Shown here one piece after another: positions 1 to 5,727 of a DNA stretch of 5,727 nucleotides. Each line of letters starts with the position of its first letter. Positions within the stretch are counted from its first letter, which is position 1. The notes under the pieces are model-generated. The model saw only the letters and a list, made by a program, of their open reading frames with translations. It made no database searches and was not told the origin of the DNA. Where the stretch lies: NCBI GenBank assembly GCA_016748015.1, contig JAAOMT010000066.1:1-5727 (forward strand), in the 5' to 3' direction. The stretch comes from Geosiphon pyriformis uo1. Taxonomy: Eukaryota > Fungi > Glomeromycota. The translations under genes and the position numbers were made by a program.

Positions 1-265
1 TAATATGTAATTATTTTATTATAAAAATTAATTTTTTTACAAAAATTTTAATTATAAGTTACTTAAATAATATAAAATAAAAATATAAAAATATAAACTA
101 AAGAAAAAAATAAAAAAATAAATTAAAGAAAATTATTTCAAATTTAGACCTAAAAATATTAATAATTATTAAAATTAATAACCAATAATTTCAAAATATT
201 AATTTAAAATAAATAAATTCAAAGTAGTAATAATTAAAAAAAAGAAATATATTTTTCTTTTATTA
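1..265. other. Extremely AT-rich low-complexity flank, A-rich on the + strand
   Basis: Nearly all A/T with many A runs and no ORF. Composition changes to pyrimidine-rich at about 250-370 and then to coding-like at 370. Confidence 0.8.
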
Positions 266-369
266 ATCCTCCAGTTACAATAAAAGTGAGATATTGTTAA
301 AGAAAAAGTTTTTTTCCACTCTCTTTTCTCTTTATATTTTTAACTATTTCTTCAAATGTATCTTTATTC
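266..369 (+). promoter_or_regulatory. Candidate 5' UTR / internal promoter region of the element
   Basis: Lies directly upstream of the ORF1 ATG, is more complex than 1-265 and contains a polypyrimidine tract (309-352). Positional inference only. Confidence 0.3.
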
Positions 370-1168
370 ATGAACATAGAACTGACAAGTTCTGTTGCTG
401 ATGGCTCTGGATCTATTTTTGCTGGTCTGGAAATCTGGTCTGATGCAAAAAAAAAGAAGATTAATAGTGTGTACTCTCATAGTGCATCTTACAAAAAGTC
501 TAAGAATCCTAAAGTTGATATCAAAGTAGTTGATTTGTTTACTAGCCCACTGGGTCTGACCAATATTGGTGACACTAATGGTGAATTTTCGAAATCTTGG
601 GACAGTGAAATGGAAAGTAAGGCAAGTAGCATGAGTGGTCTATCAGACTTAGAGAACATAAAAAATACCATCATTGAAGAAATTAGTTATGCCAACTTGG
701 ACACTTCTGTGGTCAATGACATGGAGAATGACACTACTTCCAGAAAAAACACACACTCATACATATGTGCTTGGTCAACTCCCAAAAACTCCTTTGTTTA
801 ATGTTTTAAGCAATAATGATGATATGGTGGCTTTCCAGTCTCTTAAGTTTGCAGACTCCAAAAAATTACACTCTGTCAGATCACATGTATCAGAAAAGCA
901 TAATTTTGATCTTGTTAAGTCATTTGCATTGGATATTGGAATTTCTGTCTTGCTTGACAAGACTATTGGTGACAAGTTGATTGCTGTGAAAAAAATCTTC
1001 TATTGGGTCGATGGTTTTGGGAGTGCATCTGCTTCTTTAAAACTCCCAGACATTATTAGATCTTCTTTTATGTCCGAATTAAGTTTAATCAAGACCAAGG
1101 AAATGGTGATCAGTAAAAAAATTCTGGTAAATGTTGATATTAGGAAACCAAACAGCCATTTAGATTGA

Positions 1169-1630
1169 GAAGTAATAGTCAAGAAGATCCTAGTGGATCT
1201 TTTCAGATCGGTAATTAAATTAGTATTTTCTAAGTTTGGTCAGGTAATTTCAATTAAGATATAATTGATTGGGCTTTGGCAAAAAGCTTTAGTAAAATTT
1301 GAGTCATCAGATGTGGCTAGCTTGATTGCTTCTAAATAATTAGTTTTTGTAAGTAAAAATTCTGTTCATGTTGTATTGGCGTTAAATAACAGAGAATTGT
1401 GAATAGCCAGAAATTATTATTGGGCTTTGTTGTACACACTTCCAGTTGGCATCACTGCCCATAATTTGTCGGATTTGGTAAATTCTTATGGTGGAAAAAC
1501 TTGTTTTATTGGCCATAATTCTGGTTCATATGTTTGTAATAGATGTGCAGTAATCTGTTTTGATAATGAGACATCTAAATTGGCTGCTATTGGTTTTGTT
1601 CCAGTTTATAAGGGTGTTAATTTACACTGG
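1169..1630 (+). other. Two tandem RRM-like domains in ORF1
   Basis: Manual translation from 1169: EVIVKKILVDLFRSVIKLVFSKFGQVISIKI*LIGLWQKALVKFESSDVASLIASK, matching the RRM pattern (FSKFG.V, RNP1-like A.V.F). Second unit: ALLYTLPVGITAHNLSDLVNSYGGKTCFI...RCAVICFDNETSKLAAI. Confidence 0.7.
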
Positions 1631-1651
1631 GCTGGTTTTTCTTTGGCTTGC

Positions 1652-1693
1652 TGTGCCAAGTGTAAACAATTTGGTCATATTTCTGATGTGTGT
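1652..1693 (+). other. CCHC zinc knuckle (CX2CX4HX4C) of ORF1
   Basis: Translates as CAKCKQFGHISDVC, with exact gag-knuckle spacing including the GH dipeptide. Confidence 0.92.
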
Positions 1694-2327
1694 TCAGTTG
1701 GTAGAAATTTTAGAATTTGTCATAAGTAGATAGTGTCTTCCCAAGATCAAGTCTGTTTGGCTAATATTTATAAGAAAAAGCAGATTTCAGTTGTCTGCCC
1801 AGTATCTTTTGGTAAAAAAACTTGGGCTCAAGTTGTGAGTGGCTTTCCTTTTTGTGTGTTCTTGTTGGCTTCTTTTGATGCTGGTTTGCTTTTAAGTACA
1901 AAATCCTTAGTAATGGCTTTCAACCCTATTGATGATTCTGGTTTAGCCAACCATTTGGCTTCTTTGAAGCACTTCTTGGAGCTTTTGTCAGATCAGGTTT
2001 TAGATATTTTAAAAAAATTGAGTCTTGTAAATTTGATGCTAATGTTATCACTACCTTGTGCTCCCCCCTTCTTGTTGCTTTTCTCTTGGATTTAGCTTTG
2101 GATTCAGATATAGTTGTTGATAGTGTGATGGTGCCCTTTTCTCCTTCTTTTCTATTGGTTAATAAAGCTATCTCTGAATTAAGTCTGAACAGTTCAAAGG
2201 TGTTTATCACCAAGATAGATGGTTTGGAATCAAAGATGATGGCTCTGGAAGTTTTGGTCAGTTCAGTTTTGGCAAGATTGGACTCTTTGTATTCTAGTTT
2301 GGATTTATTAGCTTCTTATTCATCTCA

Positions 2328-3020
2328 ATGATCAGTCTAGTTTGGAAAATTGCTATTTGCAATGTTTGGAATATAAATAATCCTACAAAACAGGAGAATA
2401 TTATTTGTTGGCACAAGAATATAAGCAATTTGATTTTAATTATTACTGAGACCAAGTTACAGAGTAAGGTTCGTCCATGAATTGCTAATAGATTTGATGG
2501 TGTTTGGGTTTTTACTTCTGGTGTGAATTCTGGTAATTTAGGTTCTGGTATTACCATTATTATGAACATTTCTCTGGCTCATCATGTGTGTAAAATTTCT
2601 AAGGTTTTTGATCAGCTCCTTTCTGTTAGACTACTTTTTAAAAACAAACTTTCTGTTTTGATTTTGGGGCTCTATGCTGATGCTTCTTTGTCAATTCAGT
2701 TCTCCCAAGCTGATAAGATCAACTCTATAATTGCTAAAGCTGTAAATGAATCTTTTTTTGTTGTTTTGGGTGGCAACTTCAATAAAAATGGTTCTCATAA
2801 GTGTGCCAGTTTCAAAAAATGCTTTAATTTTGGTTTGGTCAACTTCTTTGGTGGAAGTTTTTTTGTTAAAACTTCTACTTGGGCCAACTCTCATGGTGTG
2901 GCTAAAACAATTAACTTTCTGTTTGTTTTTTCAAACTTAGTTAATGCTGTGGTGGATTGCAATATGTGTGGTATTGGGAAATTCTTTAATACTGATCATT
3001 GGGCTGTTTCTGTATCTGTG
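2328..3020 (+). other. Apurinic-like (APE/EEP family) endonuclease domain, degenerate
   Basis: KIAICNVWN (family xNVRG), IITETKL (xQET), GSGITII (GVAI), VLGGNFN at 2763-2783 (GDFN), TW..., TINFLFV (IDY), NTDH at 2988-2999 (SDH). Two catalytic Asp positions now read Asn. Confidence 0.9.
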
Positions 3021-3869
3021 GGCTTGGGTGGGCTTTTGGATGTGCAGTTAAACTCTCTTCACAAACAAGCGAATAGAGATTGGTGGAAGTTTGATTTCAA
3101 GGGTGCTGATGTCAATAAGTGAGAAAATTTTAAAAATGCTATGTTAGTCAATACTAGAATGTTCTCCAATAAGGTTGCTACTACTATCAAGCTCTCAGAC
3201 CTAGATGCCATATAGAATGTTTTACACAGGATTATAATGCTTTCGGCAAATGGGATATTTAGAAAGAAGTGGTTCAAGAATTTTGACAGTGTGTTCACCA
3301 AAGTTTCTTCAAGGTTTCACAGGTTGGAACTTTTGGTTTCGAAAATTATTAAGGCCTCTCGTGAAGAAAGTAGTGTCAGTTTTGTCTCTCTTATAAAGTG
3401 CTGGGACTCTTTGGATGATATCAAAGCCTCAGTTATTTAGGATCTCATTAACTCTAATACGAATTCTAATTGTGTTCATTTTACTCTCTCTGGTATTAAG
3501 AAGTCATATTGTGCATCTAAGCTTGCTAAATCTCTGGCAGCTAAGGAAATGAACATTAGATTTGCTATAGATAGAAGAATAAAAAGCTTCAAGATGAATA
3601 AGAGTCATACTATTAGGAGTGTTTTGAAGCATCCTTTCTGCAAAATGGTTCTGAACCACTTGGTTGTTGATGACGAACTTATTTTAGAGCCCGATTTGGT
3701 TAAATTTAAAGTAGACATTATTATGGAAAGATGGACCAGAAAGCATGGTGTGATTGCTGATGTTTCTGATGTCTGGTCTTGTCAATATTAACCATTGAAT
3801 TATGTTTTTGATAAAGTCTTTTCTGGTGTGATGCATTCAGTCAAGTTTAATAAACTGCTTGATGTGATT

Positions 3870-4840
3870 TCTGATCTGCCTAATGGCAAAGCTGCTGATC
3901 TCTTGAGTATTACAAATGAGCTTTGGAAACATTGTGACAAGTCAATTTTGAATATGCTTTTAGTACTTTTGAACTTGTGTCTTTCTTGCAAATCTGTGCT
4001 CAGAGCTTGGAAAGAGACTTGGGTCTTAATAATTTCTAAACCACATGAATAGAAGAGTGTTTTTATGAATATCTGTCCTATCACTTTGATCAAAACAGCT
4101 CATAAAATTTTCTCCAAGATACTCTCTAATAGAATTTCTTTGACATGCAGCACTTTTAGTGTTTTTTGTGAGAACAATTTTTTGGTTTTAAAAGGCATGA
4201 TGACTCAGTCTTCTATTTTTGCAGTTAGATCAGTAGTTGAGAATATGTTGGAAAAAAATCGGAAGCTCTGACTGGTTTTGCAGAATATGCAGAAAGCATA
4301 TAATTCAGTTAGCTGAGAATATCTTGAGAAAAGTTTGGTCAGAATCAAGATGTGCAGCAGGTTTATTTAGTTTTTTGGTGATATTTATAGAGATTATACC
4401 AACAAGATGATGACAGATTTTGGATTGACAGATGGTTATCATATACATGATGGTTTGGACCAAGAGGAAATATTCTTTCTTCTTTGTGGCATATATTTTA
4501 TGATCCTCTGCTATGCAAAGTCAAGAGGCAGAAAAGTATGTGCAGTTATAGATTAAATTCTCATTTTATTTCAAGAAATAGTTGTGCTGAGTCCTCGGCT
4601 GGGCTCTTTTTTTTTTTTGCTGCTTACAATTTGGGTTGGCTGTAATTAGGCAGCTACTCAACATATTCTTAATATTACAAGTGAATTTTTTTGGATAAAT
4701 GATATTTCTATCAATAATAACAAAACAGTGGCCATTTTCATCAATAGCAGAGTCAGTATTCCTTCTCTTTCTATCAATGGCTTGCCAATTTCCATTGCCA
4801 AAAAGGATGAATCTCATCAATATTTGGGTATTTTTCTATT
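3870..4840 (+). other. Non-LTR reverse transcriptase domain, degenerate, catalytic xxDD motif missing
   Basis: GKAADLLSITNELWK (domain 0, KAPGxDGI), IISKP...NICPITLIKTAHKIFSKIL (PK..NYRPISL), LQNMQKAYNSVS* (DxxKAFDSV.W), GLDQEEIFFLL-W (GxxQGxxLSPLL), ISINNNKT (INxxKT), QYLGIFL at 4818-4838 (YLG). Confidence 0.92.
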
Positions 4841-5708
4841 AATTGAAGGTCTATTAAAGCCTAGTTTAGTGAAGGTAAATTTGGATGTTCATTTTTTTAC
4901 TAATCTAATCTTAAAAAAAGCTGTTTCAGATAAGCAGTTCTTATATTTGATGTCAGCAGTTCTTTATTCTATAGTTAGTTATAGAACACAGTTCAGCTTT
5001 GTTCCCATTGGTATATGCAACAAGTGGGATGCTTTAATTTGTAAGGGCTTGAAGTTCAAATCCAGCCTACCTCTCAATTTTCTTAGTGATACAATTTATT
5101 ACCCTTCTTTTTATGGTTTGAAGTCTTTTGTTCAGGTTTAGTCTGAGAGCAAAGTGGTCTTCCTCATTAGTTTTGAAAACTTTGATGGCATCCTGGATCA
5201 TTTGTTTTCTTACAGATCCTATGACTTACAGGTTCTGTGCTGGTACTCTGTTCATCTATTGAATTCTTCTGTACATATTCATGTTAGTGCTTCTGATAAC
5301 TTTCTGGCAGGCATGGTTCACATTCTTTTTGATTGTGATTTGTTCTTGGGTGGCTCTTTGGCCAATCTTTTTCAATTTCATGGTGGAGTCTTTATGTCTG
5401 TTGTTTTGGGCAAGTTACAGTTTCTCAGGTTTTTTCCTTCTCTTTGATGATATGGTATTGCTTTTGTGAATCAACTTTGTAATTATTGTGGTTCTGTTTT
5501 TGATTAGTACACTTTTAAGCATTGAAAAAGATTGAACTCTCGTGGCCCTGTTCCTAAATAGTTCGAGCTTTCTGTTGTGTTTCTAAATGGTAGAAGTCTA
5601 TTTCCCACTTGTCTTTCAGTTTTGGATAGTATTGGTTCTTTGAACATTCTTGAATCTTAAGATTTTGTTTCTGTTCGTAATCATTTCTTGCAAATTGGTG
5701 CTGATAGT

Positions 5709-5727
5709 TTGTTGGTATATACAGATA
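5709..5727 (+). other. Probable first strand of an RNase H domain
   Basis: The ORF2 frame ends LLVYTD (tat aca gat, 5718-5726), matching the RNase HI N-terminal motif (I/V)YTDGS. Only six residues are visible and the next base is A, not G. Confidence 0.6.

Larger units (their letters stand above)
370..2331 (+). pseudogene. LINE ORF1 (gag-like nucleic-acid-binding protein), about 650 codons, disrupted
   Basis: ATG at 370; frame switch near the A6 run 744-749; then one frame read through stops at 1166, 1262, 1337, 1400 and 1727; frame switch near the C6 run 2063-2068; ends at TGA 2329-2331. Joins track ORFs 370..801, 674..1168, 1427..1729, 1733..2095 and 2056..2331. The frameshift positions are inferred. 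Confidence 0.85.
370..5727 (+). mobile_element. Degenerate APE-type non-LTR retrotransposon (LINE), two ORFs, probable RNase H; 3' end lies beyond the window and the 5' UTR probably extends upstream of 370
   Basis: Collinear order on one strand: RRM-like/CCHC ORF1, then endonuclease motifs (CNVxx, TETK, GxFN, TDH), non-LTR RT motifs (KAAD..ITNE, N.CPI.L, QNMQKAYNSV, GLDQ.E, INNNKT, YLG) and terminal VYTD. No LTR, integrase or protease motifs seen. Confidence 0.95.
2328..5727 (+). pseudogene. LINE ORF2 polyprotein (APE endonuclease - reverse transcriptase - probable RNase H), disrupted and truncated by the window end
   Basis: ATG at 2328 (MISLVWKIAICNVWNINNPTKQ...). All + track ORFs 2523, 3237, 3549, 3795, 4065, 4728 and 5154 share this frame. 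In-frame stops at 2478, 3120, 3213, 3438, 3789, 4050, 4269, 4314, 4368, 4647, 5139, 5445, 5448, 5505, 5523, 5559 and 5658. Short excursion into another frame at about 4485-4624. Confidence 0.93.

Noticed and set aside
240-261. Hairpin aaaagaaa-tatatt-tttctttt as a terminator
   Set aside because: Nearly all A:T pairs in low-complexity DNA; expected by chance.
741-760. Programmed frameshift at the A6 run (and at C6, 2063-2068)
   Set aside because: Homopolymer indels in a decayed copy, or sequencing error, are simpler; no stimulatory structure is apparent.
399-2249. 13-bp direct repeat tgatggctctgga at 399-411 and 2237-2249
   Set aside because: One such match is about what chance gives in a biased 5.7 kb sequence; both copies are inside ORF1, so it is not a target-site duplication or LTR.
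4607-4618. T12 run as the poly(A) tail of an antisense insertion
   Set aside because: It is exactly four in-frame codons within the RT, is explicable by C>T changes in TCT/TTC codons, and has no accompanying insert or duplication.
489-4820. Minus-strand ORFs (489-674, 775-975, 1000-1182, 1926-2213, 2294-2569, 2691-2894, 3059-3301, 3800-4093, 4566-4820)
   Set aside because: Short, no recognisable motifs, and all lie antisense to clear LINE domains; best explained as shadow ORFs.
370-5469. Treating the + strand ORFs as an operon of small genes, e.g. a retron or RT defence system
   Set aside because: They sit in common frames separated by single stops and reconstruct two LINE ORFs; no ribosome-binding sites, ncRNA or bacterial features are evident.
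2746-5469. Alternate-frame hydrophobic ORFs 2746-2940 and 5281-5469 as membrane peptides
   Set aside because: Their hydrophobicity follows from the T-rich strand, and they overlap the ORF2 frame.
1166-5660. Alternative genetic code or stop-codon readthrough
   Set aside because: All three stop codons occur at positions expecting different residues, alongside frameshifts and lost catalytic residues; this is pseudogenisation.

Overview
Almost the whole window (about 370 to the end, + strand) is one decayed eukaryotic non-LTR retrotransposon (LINE), preceded by about 265 bp of extremely AT-rich DNA. The short + strand ORFs in the track join up across stops and frameshifts into two long reading frames. 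ORF1 (370-2331) has an acidic/Ser-rich N-terminus, two or possibly three RRM-like folds, a CX2CX4HX4C zinc knuckle and two C-terminal coiled coils. ORF2 starts at an ATG overlapping the ORF1 stop (ATGA, 2328-2331) and encodes an APE endonuclease, a reverse transcriptase and, in the last bases, the probable start of an RNase H (VYTD). By manual reading there are 5 internal stops and 2 frameshifts in ORF1, and 17 stops and 2 frameshifts in ORF2, including a small deletion that removes the RT catalytic xxDD motif. Decay appears dominated by C>T/G>A transitions on both strands, with strong CpG depletion. The motif style recalls repeats of Glomeromycotina fungi such as Geosiphon; this is from memory and unverified. 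I see no intact gene, RNA gene, CRISPR array or prokaryotic system. The best candidates for novelty are the element's architecture and the mutation process that inactivated it.
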